From the NCBI GenBank assembly GCA_002269645.1, contig NIVC01001122.1, positions 186,001-250,000 of the forward strand: a stretch of 64,000 nucleotides of DNA, in the 5' to 3' direction. The translations under genes were made by a program, and so were the position numbers. Numbering within the stretch: the stretch's first letter is position 1; each line of letters starts with the position of its first letter. The DNA comes from Macrostomum lignano (Eukaryota). Under the pieces are notes generated by a model that searched no databases, was not told the origin of the DNA, and was given only the letters and a program-made list of their open reading frames with translations. Below, piece after piece: positions 27,171 through 38,822 of this stretch.

Positions 27171-27835
27171 TTCTTTTCACTTTCACGTTTCTCCTGAGTG
27201 CAGTAATTTCTGTCTCGCTGTCTGGCAAAAAGAGTTAATTATAATTTAATGACTGAGTGAAAATTGTCAACAGACAAGCTAATTGCAACTCCACCATAAA
27301 AGATGTTGTTTAAATTAAAATAAAAAACTTGTGAAAGCTGCTGCTGGAATCGGAAATGAGGCGCAGCTTTTGAATTTGCCGGGGGCGGCAGCAGCAGAAC
27401 AGAAATCTGGGGCCGGGGAACGGGAGGATAAGGGGGGGGTAATTGCAGCTGTTTCTAGGGCTGCTGGCATCAGATAATTACCCAACCTTGGTCTTTGTAG
27501 TTTGTCGAAGGCGGCTTGTCCGAATGCACAAGAGGAGAAGCAGAAATAAAAGACAGTGGAGAAAAGTCAAAAGGGAAGTCGAGGGGTTGGGGTTGGACAG
27601 GAGGTGGCCCTCTCCCGCCAAGCGCGGAAGAGGAAGTCGGTAATTAATAGAGCGAGGCGGGCGAGGGAACGGAGCCTACACTGCAACCCCCCCCCCCCAC
27701 TCGTCCAGCCAGAAAGCCCGCATGACATCTAATGCCAAGCCTCGCAGCTCGCTGCTTTGACCCCTTTCAGGGAAAATTGTTTGCTTTTAGCATTTGAGTC
27801 CAAGTAACATGAAAATTGGCTTGGTTGGATTCGCT

Positions 27836-28940
27836 GCAGCTTGAAGGTGGCTGAGTGCAGCTTGAAGGTGGCTGAGTGCAGCTTGGAGGTGGCTGAGTGC
27901 AGCTTGGAGGTGGCTGAGTGCAGCTTGGAGGTGGCTGAGTGTAGCTTGGAGGTGGCTGAGTGCAGCTTGAAGGTGGCTGAGTGCAGCTTGGAGGTGGCTG
28001 AGTGCAGCTTGGAGGTGGCTGAGTGCAGCTTGGAGGTGGTTGAGTGCAGCTTGGAGGTGGCTGAGTGCAGCTTGAAGGTGGCTGAGTGCAGCTTGGAGGT
28101 GGCTGAGTGCAGCTTGGAGGTGGCTGAGTGCAGCTTGGAGGTGGCTGAGTGCAGCTTGGAGGTGGCTGAGTGCAGCTTGGAGGTGGCTGAGTGCAGCTTG
28201 AAGGTGGCTGAGTGCAGCTTGAAGGTGGTTGAGTGCAGCTTGAAGGTGGTTGAGTGCAGCTTGAAGGTGGCTGAGTGCAGCTTGAAGGTGGTTGAGTGCA
28301 GCTTGAAGGTGGTTGAGTGCAGATTGGAGGTGGCTGAGTGCAGCTTGAAGGTGGAATTGGCTTTCTTATACCGATTTGAACTATACTGCTTTGTGCGCTT
28401 GGCTGCTCAATTTTAGCTTACCATTGTAGACCCTCCCCCTCCACTGAACTGATCGATTTCTATTTATGCGTACAGTACTTCTTCGCAATGTACATCGTTC
28501 GTCCTAACTACATGTACTCAGTTCTATAATACAATATAAAGGACCAACGCGTCAGTTTAGAAACGCTGTCTACAACTTGCGGCTCAAGCCAATTCAATCG
28601 CTTCGTCTCAATCTCAATTCATCACAGTTGAGTGCAGCTTGAAGGTGGCTGAGTGTAGCTCGTAGCTTGGAGGTGGCTGAGTGTAGCTTGGGGGTGGCTG
28701 AGTGCAGCTTGAAGGTGGCTGAGTGCAGCTTGAAGGTGGCTGAGTGCAGCTTGAAGGTGGCTGAGTGCAGCTTGAAGGTGGTTGAGTGCAGCTTGGAGGT
28801 AGCTGAGTGTAGCTGGGAGGAGGCTGAGTGCAGCTTGAAGGTGGTTGAGTGCAGCTTGGAGGTGGCTGAGTGCAGCTTGAAGGTGGTTGAGTGCAGCTTG
28901 GAGGTGGCTGAGTGTAGCTTGGAGGTGGCTAAGTGCAGGT
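27836..28940. repeat. 21-mer gtgcagcttggaggtggctga in two blocks split by about 270 bp of unique sequence
   Basis: Blocks 27836-28354 and 28626-28940. Confidence 0.93.
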
Positions 28941-29222
28941 TAGATGTACAGCAGAGTATGAGACATGTCATAAATTGAGATGAAAATAGTTATTGCGAGA
29001 TGCGGAGGTATTCAAGGATTCTCCCAAGCGTTGTCTTCGTTCTCTCGTAAAAAAACTTGGGAACCTTTCTGAGCCAATGGCATCCAGCTGCCAGTGAGAG
29101 CTGCATTTCTCCCCCATGGCTTTTGGCCTGCATTCGAATGGTGTAAATTGGCACTGACAGCTCCTATCGGGTTCCAATTGATCACTCGGAAACAACTGCG
29201 CTGTTATCTTCAACAATCAGGG

Positions 29223-32200
29223 ATGCAGACAGCCGCCAGGTTCACCCCGGAGCAGCCTGACGGTCCGGACTTCTCGCCACAGAGCGGCGGAGCCGGCGGC
29301 TACCCCGGCGGCCTGTCTGTCGCGGCGGCCTACTCCTCCGCACTCGGCCAGGGATTTCCGGCCGCCGCCAGGTCCGCCGCTCTCTACATCTCGGCTGCTC
29401 ACGGCTTCGGTGGCGACCAGGCCGCTGCCGCCGCTTACTTCGCTGCCCACCACGGCTTCGGCGCTGCCAGGCCTGATGGTGAGTCAAGGCCTGATACAGC
29501 TGCTGCATCCCGCCTTCATCTGTCTGAGCTGCTGCATCCCGCCTTCATCTGTCTGAGCTGCTGCATCCCGCCTTCATCTGTCTGAGCTGCTGCATCCCGC
29601 CTTCATCTGTCTGAGCTGCTGCATCCCGCCTTCATCTGTCTGAGCTGCTGCATCCCGCCTTCATCTGTCTGAGCTGCTGCATCCCGCCTTCATCTGTCTG
29701 AGCTGCTGCATCCCGCCTTCATCTGTCTGAGCTGCTGCATCCCGCCTTCATCTGTCTGAGCTGCTGCATCCCGCCTTCATCTGTCTGAGCTGCTGCATCC
29801 CGCCTTCATCTGCCCTGTCTGTCCCTCATCTCCCACTGCCTGTCCCTCATCTCCCACTGCCTGTCCCTCATCTCCCACTGCCTGTCCCTCATCTCCCTGT
29901 CTGTCCCTCATCTGCCCTGTCCGTCCCTCATCTGCCCTGTCCGTCCCTCATCTGCCCTGTCCGTCCCTCATCTGCCCTGTCCGTCCCTCATCTGCCCTGT
30001 CCGTCCCTCATCTGCCCTGTCCGTCCCTCATCTGCCCTGTCCGTCCCTCATCTGCCCTGTCCGTCCCTCATCTCCCCCTGTCCCTCATCTGCCCTGTCCG
30101 TCCCTCATCTCCCCCTGTCTGTCCCTCATCTCCCCCTGTCTGTCCCTCATCTCCCCCTGTCTGTCCCTCATCTGCCCTGTCCGCCCTTCACCCTTTCTAC
30201 CCGCTTCCCAGTTCTCCCTTTCACTTCCTCATCTTCCCATTCCATCTCAAACAGCCTCACGCACTGTCTCTGCATCAAGTCTCTATATCTCGTATGGCCA
30301 TTTAAACTGGATTGACCCGAAAATCTCAGCAAAATACGGCTTCTGAACATTCCTGCCATTGCCGCACAGCCGCAGGCTGCCTCGTGCCCCTGCCGTCTGG
30401 CAACAAGAAGCTGCGCCGATTGCGCAAGCCGCGCACCATCTACTCCAGCCTCCAGCTGCAGCAGCTCAGCAGGCGGTTCCAGCGCACCCAGTACCTGTCA
30501 TTGCCTGAGCGGGCTGAGCTGGCAGCCAGCCTGGGGCTCACGCAGACTCAGGTGAGTAGCATTTGAGCAGACCGCTCTTAGCTGTTTATGACTGCTCTTA
30601 GCTGTTTATGACTGCTCTTAGCTGTTTATGACCTCTCTTAGCTGTTTATGACCACTATTAGCTGTTTATGACCTCTCCAGCTGTGTATGACCTCTCTTTG
30701 CTGTGTACGACCTCTCTTAGCTGTATATGACCTCTCTCAGCTGTGTATGACCTCTCTTAGTTGTTATCACCTCTCTTATCTGTGTATGACCTCTCTTTGC
30801 TGTGTACGACCTCTCTTAGCTGTATATGACCTCTCTCAGCTGTGTATGACCTCTCTTAGCTGTGTATGACCTCTCTTAGCTGTGTATGACCTATGACCTC
30901 TCTTTGCTGTGTATGACCTCTCTTTGCTGTGTATGACCTCTCTCAGCTGTGTATGACCTCTCTTAGTTGTTATAACCTCTCTCAGCTGTGTATGACTTCT
31001 ATCAGCTGTGTATGACTTCTCTCAGCTGTGTATGACTTCTCTCAGCTGTTATCACCTCTCTTAGCTTTCATTTTTCCCGAATGCCGCTGCTTGAAAAACT
31101 GACAAACTGTCAGGCTCGACAGGAGGAAAATCAAACTCGTGCAGCGATCCACTTTTCTTCTCAAAGAGAGAGGGAGAGAGAGAGAGAGACCTTCGCCGCC
31201 CAAAGTCTCCAGCCAGGTGGGAGCAGCTCAGGTGGCGGCAGGAGCAGTGAGGCCTGCAATTATCTGCAATTGAATGGCGACAGATGGGGCTGCCTGCAGG
31301 CGGTGACTTTTTGTGAGTCAGTTTTTGTTTGAAGTTCCTGGCCACCTTTTTTCTATTCAACGGCTTCGAAACCCTCTGCCCTGCGACAGCTTCTGGAGGT
31401 TTGATCAGTTGCTTGTCCGAATTGTTCGAACCTTGAAATTTGCAATCGAATTGGAGAAGCAACAGGCTCGGGAAGTTGCAAACTTCTATCGAATAATAGC
31501 AGATTGTTCAGTATGTAGCTGAGTTGAATAATGGCAGATTGTTCAGTGTGTAGCTGAGTTGAATAATGGCAGATTGTTCAGTGTGTAGCTGAGTTAAATA
31601 ATGGCAGATTGTTCAGTGTGTAGCTGAGTTGAATAATGGCAGATTGTTCAGTGTGTAGCTGAGTGAATAATGGCAGATTGTTCAGTATGTAGCTGAGTTG
31701 AATAATAATGGCAGATTGTTCGGTATTTAGCTGAGTGAATAATGGCAGATTGTTCAGTATGTAGCTGAGTTGAATAATAATGGCAGATTGTTCAGTATGT
31801 AGCTGAGTTGAATAATAATGGCAGATTGTTCGGTATGTAGCTGAGTGAATAATGGCAGATTGTTCAGTATGTAGCTGAGTTGAATAATAATGGCAGATTG
31901 TTCAGTATGTAGCTGATGTGAATAATGGCAGATTGTTCAGTGTGTAGCTGAGTTGAATAATAATGGCAGATTGTTCAGTGTGTAGCTGAGCTGAATAATG
32001 GCAGATTGTTCAGTGTGTAGCTGAGCTGAATAATGGCAGATTGTTCAGTATGTAGCTGAGTTGAATAATGGCAGATTGTTCAGTGTGTAGCTGAGTTGAA
32101 TAATGGCAGATTGTTCAGTGTGTAGCTGAGTTGAATAATGGCAGATTGTTCAGTATGTAGCTGAGTTGAATAATGGCAGATTGTTCAGTGTGTAGCTGAG

Positions 32201-35142
32201 TTGAATAATTGCAGATTGTTCAGTGTGTATCTAAGCTGAATAATGGCAGATTGTTCAGTATGTAGCTGAGTGAATAATGGCAGATTGTTCAGTATGTAGC
32301 TGAGTTGAATAATGGCAGATTGTTCAGTATGTAGCTGAGTTGAATAATGGCAGATTGTTCAGTATGTAGCTGAGTTGAATAATGGCAGATTGTTCAGTAT
32401 GTAGCTGAGTTGAATAATGGCAGATTGTTCAGTGTGTATCTAAGCTGAATAATGGCAGATTGTTCAGTATGTAGCTGAGTGAATAATGGCAGATTGTTCA
32501 GTATGTAGCTGAGTTGAATAATGGCAGATTGTTCAGTGTGTATCTAAGCTGAATAATGGCAGATTGTTCAGTATGTAGCTGAGTGAATAATGGCAGATTG
32601 TTCAGTATGTAGCTGAGTTGAATAATGGCAGATTGTTCAGTGTGTAGCTGAGTTGAATAATAATGGCAGGTTGTTCAGTATGTAGCTGAGTTGAATAATG
32701 ATGGCAGATTGTTCAGTGTGTAGCTGAGTTGAATAATAATGGCAGATTGTTCAGTATGTAGCTGATGTGAATAATGGCAGATTGTTCAGTGTGTAGCTGA
32801 GTTGAATAATAATGGCAGATTGTTCAGTATGTAGCTGATGTGAATAATGGCAGATTGTTCAGTGTGTAGCTGAGTTGAATAATAATGGCAGATTGTTCAG
32901 TGTGTAGCTGAGCTGAATAATGGCAGATTGTTCAGTGTGTAGCTGAGTTGAATAATGGCAGATTGTTCAGTATGTAGCTGAGTTGAATAATGGCAGATTG
33001 TTCAGTGTGTAGCTGAGTTGAATAATGGCAGATTGTTCAGTGTGTATCTAAGCTGAATAATGGCAGATTGTTCAGTATGTAGCTGAGTGAATAATGGCAG
33101 ATTGTTCAGTATGTAGCTGAGTTGAATAATGGCAGATTGTTCAGTATGTAGCTGAGTTGAATAATGGCAGATTGTTCAGTGTGTATCTAAGCTGAATAAT
33201 GGCAGATTGTTCAGTGTGTATCTAAGCTGAATAATGGCAGATTGTTGAGTATGTAGCTGAGTTGAATAATGGCAGATTGTTCAGTATGTAGCTGAGTTGA
33301 ATAATGGCAGATTGTTCAGTATGTAGCTGAGTTGAATAATGGCAGATTGTTCAGTGTGTATCTAAGCTGAATAATGGCAGATTGTTCAGTATGTAGCTGA
33401 GTGAATAATGGCAGATTGTTCAGTATGTAGCTGAGTTGAATAATGGCAGATTGTTCAGTGTGTAGCTGAGTTGAATAATAATGGCAGGTTGTTCAGTATG
33501 TAGCTGAGTTGAATAATGATGGCAGATTGTTCAGTGTGTAGCTGAGTTGAATAATAATGGCAGATTGTTCAGTATGTAGCTGATGTGAATAATGGCAGAT
33601 TGTTCAGTGTGTAGCTGAGTTGAATAATAATGGCAGATTGTTCAGTGTGTAGCTGAGCTGAATAATGGCAGATTGTTCAGTGTGTAGCTGAGTTGAATAA
33701 TGGCAGATTGTTCAGTATGTAGCTGAGTTGAATAATGGCAGATTGTTCAGTGTGTAGCTGAGTTGAATAATGGCAGATTGTTCAGTGTGTATCTAAGCTG
33801 AATAATGGCAGATTGTTCAGTATGTAGCTGAGTGAATAATGGCAGATTGTTCAGTATGTAGCTGAGTTGAATAATGGCAGATTGTTCAGTGTGTATCTAA
33901 GCTGAATAATGGCAGATTGTTCAGTATGTAGCTGAGTGAATAATGGCAGATTGTTCAGTATGTAGCTGAGTTGAATAATGGCAGATTGTTCAGTATGTAG
34001 CTGAGTTGAATAATGGCAGATTGTTCAGTATGTAGCTGAGTTGAATAATGGCAGATAATGGCAAGAATGGCAGTCGCTGCAACCATCAGGTGAAAATTTG
34101 GTTCCAAAACCGAAGATCGAAATTCAAGAAGCTGGTGAAGCTGGGCAACGATCCTCATCTGCTGATCAACTCGATGAGTCTGTGTGGTGAAGGCGACGCA
34201 GAGTTCGAGCAGGTGAGGCTTGAGAAGGATTCTGAGCTGGACTTTACACGACAGATCGCACATCACACATTACTGATACATGGCAAAGTGAAAATCGCAC
34301 ATCACACATTACTGATACATGGCAAAGTGAAAATCGCACATCACACACTATTGATGCATGGCAAAGTGAAAATCGCACATCACACATTACTGATGCATGG
34401 CAAAGTGAAAATCGCACATCACACACTATTGATGCATGGCAAAGTGAAAATCGCACATCACACATTACTGATGCATGGCAAAGTGAAAATCGCACATCAC
34501 ACACTATTGATACATGGCAAAGTGAAAATCGCACATCACACACTATTGATGAATGGCAAAGTGAAAATCGCACATCACACACTATTGATACATGGCAAAG
34601 TGAAAATCGCACATCACACACTATTGATACATGGCAAAGTGAAAATCGCACATCACACACTATTGATGAATGGCAAAGTGAAAATCGCACATCACACACT
34701 ATTGATGCATGGCAAAGTGAAAATCGCACATCACACACTATTGATGCATGGCAAAGTGAAAATCGCACATCACACACTATTGATGCATGGCAAAGTGAAA
34801 ATCGCACATCACACACTATTGATGCATGACAAAGTGAAAGTAGCACATGGAATTTTCATTCAACCCGCTGTCCGCCCGCAGCCTCCAAACGCGGAAGTCA
34901 ACATTCAGCCAGTACAGCAGCAACTGGCGGAAAATTTGGGAGCAGCATCAGCGTCAGCCTCCGCTCCATCAGCCGCGAGCAGCCATCAGCTCAACCGATG
35001 GTGCCACCAAGAAGCTTCAGCCTACGGCACAATGCAGTCAACGGCTTTCGATGCACGACCGTGGCACCAGAAGAGCCAGCAGCCGAGCAACGGTTCCCAA
35101 GCCTTCTATGACTGGTTTGAGTACCCGTCTCAAACCAACTAG
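29223..35142 (+). CDS. Dll: Distal-less/Dlx homeobox protein, copy A (about 271-273 aa)
   Basis: Exons 29223-29478, 30370(or 30376)-30551, 34090-34212, 34882-35142. Homeodomain [44 protein letters not shown]|[14 protein letters not shown], with the Dlx-typical intron between HD codons 44 and 45. The start codon is less certain. Confidence 0.9.
29499..30185. repeat. Dlx A intron 1: 29-mer (11 copies) followed by about 20-mer ctgccctgtccgtccctcat
   Basis: Homologous to the arrays at 41812-42613 (inverted). Confidence 0.95.
30575..31065. repeat. Intronic 20-mer tctcttagctgtgtatgacc
   Basis: Tandem copies read directly. Confidence 0.93.
31495..34060. repeat. Intronic 34-38-mer gaataatggcagattgttcagtatgtagctgagtt
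   Basis: About 2.5 kb array in Dlx A intron 2. Confidence 0.97.
34255..34845. repeat. Intronic 39-mer catggcaaagtgaaaatcgcacatcacacactattgatg
   Basis: About 15 copies in Dlx A intron 3; open in the Dlx reading frame. Confidence 0.95.
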
Positions 35143-35449
35143 TTTAGCAAATCTAGTTTTCTAGCTACGTTGGCTTGACTTGCTGTAACGCCTCAGCGCT
35201 TTTCATCATAAACGATGATCGACTGTGGCTGGATTGCCAGGAATTTCTTTGCGCTAATTCATGCATTGTTTGCATTTGAAATGAGTTCGATTGACTAATT
35301 TATTTCTAATCCTTTTAGTCAAATTATTCTACTAAGAGTAAGCAATTAAGAGGTTTTAAAATTTCAATGAGGCGTTTGATCTCTGATTGATTGGCCAAAC
35401 GGGTAGAGCAGAAAAGCATTGACGGTTAGGGTTTTGTGTTTTTTTTAGA

Positions 35450-36208
35450 ATTAGGGTTAGGACCAAGGTTACGGTTAGGATCAGGGTTAGGATTAGGATT
35501 ATGATTAGGATTAGCATAAAGATTAGGATTAGGATCAGGGTTAGGATTAGGATTAGGATTAGGATTAGCATAAGGATTAGGATCAAGGTTAGGATTAGGA
35601 TTATGATTAGGATTAGCATTAGGATTAGGATTAGGATCAGGGTTAGGATTAGGATTATGATTAGAATCACGGTTAGGAGTAGGATTAGGGATAGGATTAG
35701 GATTAGGATTCGAATTAGGATTAGGGATAAGATTAGGATTAGGGATAAGATTAGGATTAGGGATAAGATTAGGATTAGGGATAAGATTAGGATTAGGGAT
35801 AAGATTAGGATTAGGGATAAGATTAGGATTAGGGATAAGATTAGGATTAGGGATAAGATTAGGATTAGGGATAAGATTAGGATTAGGGATAAGATTAGGA
35901 TTAGGGATAAGATTAGGATTAGGGATAAGATTAGGATTAGGGATAAGATTAGGATTAGGGATAAGATTAGGATTAGGGATAAGATTAGGATTAGGGATAA
36001 GATTAGGATTAGGGATAAGATTAGGATTAGGGATAAGATTAGGATTAGGGATAAGATTAGGATTAGGGATTAGATTAGGATCAAGATTAGGAATAGGATT
36101 AGGATTAGGATTAGGACTAGGATTAGGATTAGGATTAGGATCAGGATCAGGGTTAGGATTAGGATTAGGATAAGGATCAGGATTAGGATTAGGGCTAGGA
36201 TTAGGGTT
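35450..36208 (+). repeat. Telomere-like array (TTAGGA/TTAGGG; central 18-mer gattaggattagggataa)
   Basis: Degenerate hexamer flanks around a homogeneous 18-mer core at about 35720-36070; single orientation. Confidence 0.85.
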
Positions 36209-38822
36209 TGTGGCGATTAATTTATACTGTCTGATAGCTTATAAAAACGAGTTAAGCACAGGGCAGTTAAAATATATAAAAAATCACCATCACTGAGAGA
36301 TGTTGCTCCTTCCTTTTTCACGGAAACCCCCGAAACTCCAGCAGCAGCCGCCTCCGCACGGAAGGCAGAAATTAACAATTTTTTTTCGCTGCTCAGTTGA
36401 GGATGAAGCAGCGGAGGCTGGGCTTTTTTTAAACTGGATAAACAAAATTCGACATTTCGAGCTGAAGCCGCTTCCGCACGCACCGGAAGTGAATTCGTTC
36501 GAATGGGAGGCTGATAGATCCTGCTCTCTGCTTCCGCCTTCCACTCTTCCTCCACTTTCAGCTTCAGGGCAGCTCTGGTCTCTCTGAGTCACTCAGGCGC
36601 CAGTGTGTGTTTTTCATTTTTCAAGTTTTCAGTGATGAAAATTTCATAATATTAGCGCAATTTTATTATTGAGTACACCATGGTTATGTAGAATCGGTAA
36701 AGGGATTCCACTGTTGCATTTCCCAAGAGAAACGGTGAAAATATTTGCCTGCTTGTTTTACCTGCTTAGCCCCCCCCCCGAGCGGCCTTTGACTTTCATC
36801 GCTAATTGGCCCTCTTAAGCTGCTCCCCGATCAGCAAGTCCTCAGAGCGATTGTTTGAGCAGCTCGAAGAGGGAGAGAAAGACAAAAAATAGGCTTTTTT
36901 GAGCAAAAACTGTCGCTCTTCTGTCTGCTTTTTGTTGCTGCAAGCCTTTGTGCGAGAGGCGAGGGAACAAAGGCGCTCAAATGTTGAAAGCAACCCTGCT
37001 GTTATGCTGCTTTTGCTGCCGCTCCGCTCTGGCTAAGGCTGCGTGTTACTGATTGAGGGCTGATGGGGGGACGGCCCCATGCGCACCTGAGGCTTGAATC
37101 CAGCCTACTCAACTCGAGGACTCACCTGAGGGGTCGTGTGCCCCCCCCATATCCCCAGAATTGCATGAGCGATCCCCCCCCCCAACGAGAGCATCGAATC
37201 AGCGATCCATTCTCCTCCATGGCCTGACCAGCGCGTGTCTCTTTCACCAACAAGCCATATTATTCGATTTAATCTGACTCAATCACACGCTTTTGCATTA
37301 AACTAACCTGTTTAAAACAAACTTTCAAAGCTTTTCCTAGCACTGGCCTAGCAGTCAGGCACAACACAATGCAATAATAGCGATTTTCGTTCATTTAGCA
37401 TGGCAACAAAATGATGATGGAGAATTAGCTATGGAGAAAGAGTCTGAGGACAGGGCTAGGCGGGGCCTAATCTCCAAGGCCCGTAGGAAGGATTCGTTGC
37501 CTCCAGAGTCTTATTCCCTCTTCCCCAGGGTGGATCCGCCCACCTCCACAATTCAAAGGCTCGACCATCGCACACCACACACCAAGGCCCGCACACCAGC
37601 CAGAGCGCCCGTCTGTGCATTCTGGTCCTCGGTGACTGAGCAGGACAGGGCAGGCCGGTTCTGCTTGGCCAAAAGTTGCTTTCAAACCATAAGCGAGGAG
37701 TCCCCGGCGATTTTTTTTTACCTTGAGCCCCGAGCCCATCCGAGGGAAGGGGGGAGGGTTGGCAGGAGGCAACCCCCCTTTGCTTGGGCGAAGGTACCCG
37801 CTAATTACAGGGGGGAGCAGGGGGAGGTCCGCCCGCCCTCCCCTACCCTCCACTGTCTCTCTGTGTCTCGAATTCGTTCGGAACTCATGGCAAGTTCTGT
37901 GGCGGGTGGCACCAAGCCGCGGCCTCCTGCTCATGACGGAGCGGCGTTTGTGCCCGGCGTCTCAAATTTCAGCGCTTCTCGACACAACTGCCTCTGGCCT
38001 GTGCTCGGCTGGCGGGGGGGGGGGCACAGCGTGAACTCGAATTTTCTATTCAGACTGCCAACCGCCAGACCAACATGCCTCTGAAATTTATGGCCTTTGT
38101 CTTAGCTGGCATTCATCTTGTAACATATCATCTTGTTCTTGTGTCGCTGCAATGGCCATTTGAGTCGGTATCTGTTGTCTTTGTTATCAATCATCTGCGG
38201 CATTTGAAGTACATTTCCAATTCTCAAACAACGTTGCGAAAATCTTTCAAAATTAAATTCAATGTTCGGAACAGACATATGGGTTTTTTTAGCACTGAGC
38301 TACACAGAGCTTGTATAAACATATATTAGATTGCACAATTCCTGCATATAAATTCTTCATATTTTTATATTTCAAATTCTGTTATTGCAGATAGTATGCA
38401 AAAGATATTGCTACAGGTGCTGTAGGGGTGGTGGGGGCTATAAGGTGAGCTTCGGAGCGCGTATTAAAAGCATAATGAATATTAGCGGAAACCAACGCAC
38501 AAACCAGAAGCGCGGACAAACAAGCAACAGTTATATTAGGAAAATTTTGTGTAAGAAAAAAGCAGAGAAAAAATGTATATTATTGAAACGGCCGACAAAA
38601 GCGAAACAATGGGAGAAAAAGCAGCAATTCAAGTGAGCAGTGGGGGCACGGATATATTGGACGCTGTGCAACTACCAAACTGCATTTATACCGACCGGCC
38701 CTAGTAACAAAAGTATATTTTTGTACCGAGCTTAAGTTTAATCTATTGACTAATTTATAGTTGTTAAGCCGGTAGGCTTGAGAGATACTCGAATGGGAAT
38801 GTCGGTCTCAGGCGCGTCCAGA

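Noticed and set aside
28355-28625. Unique insert in the 21-mer array with a 9-bp inverted repeat (aattggctt/aagccaatt) as a MITE
   Set aside because: The inverted repeat is too short, does not reach the right boundary, and has no TSD.
27279-37808. Dlx-consensus VTAATTRS sites (27279, 27439, 36802, 37801) as autoregulatory elements
   Set aside because: This degenerate 8-mer is expected about 20 times by chance in 64 kb, so these are not enriched without conservation or ChIP data.
37431-38084. 217-aa ORF in the Dlx intergenic region (possible third gene)
   Set aside because: No domain, splice support or codon-bias evidence. Overlapping ORFs on both strands are typical of GC-rich non-coding DNA.
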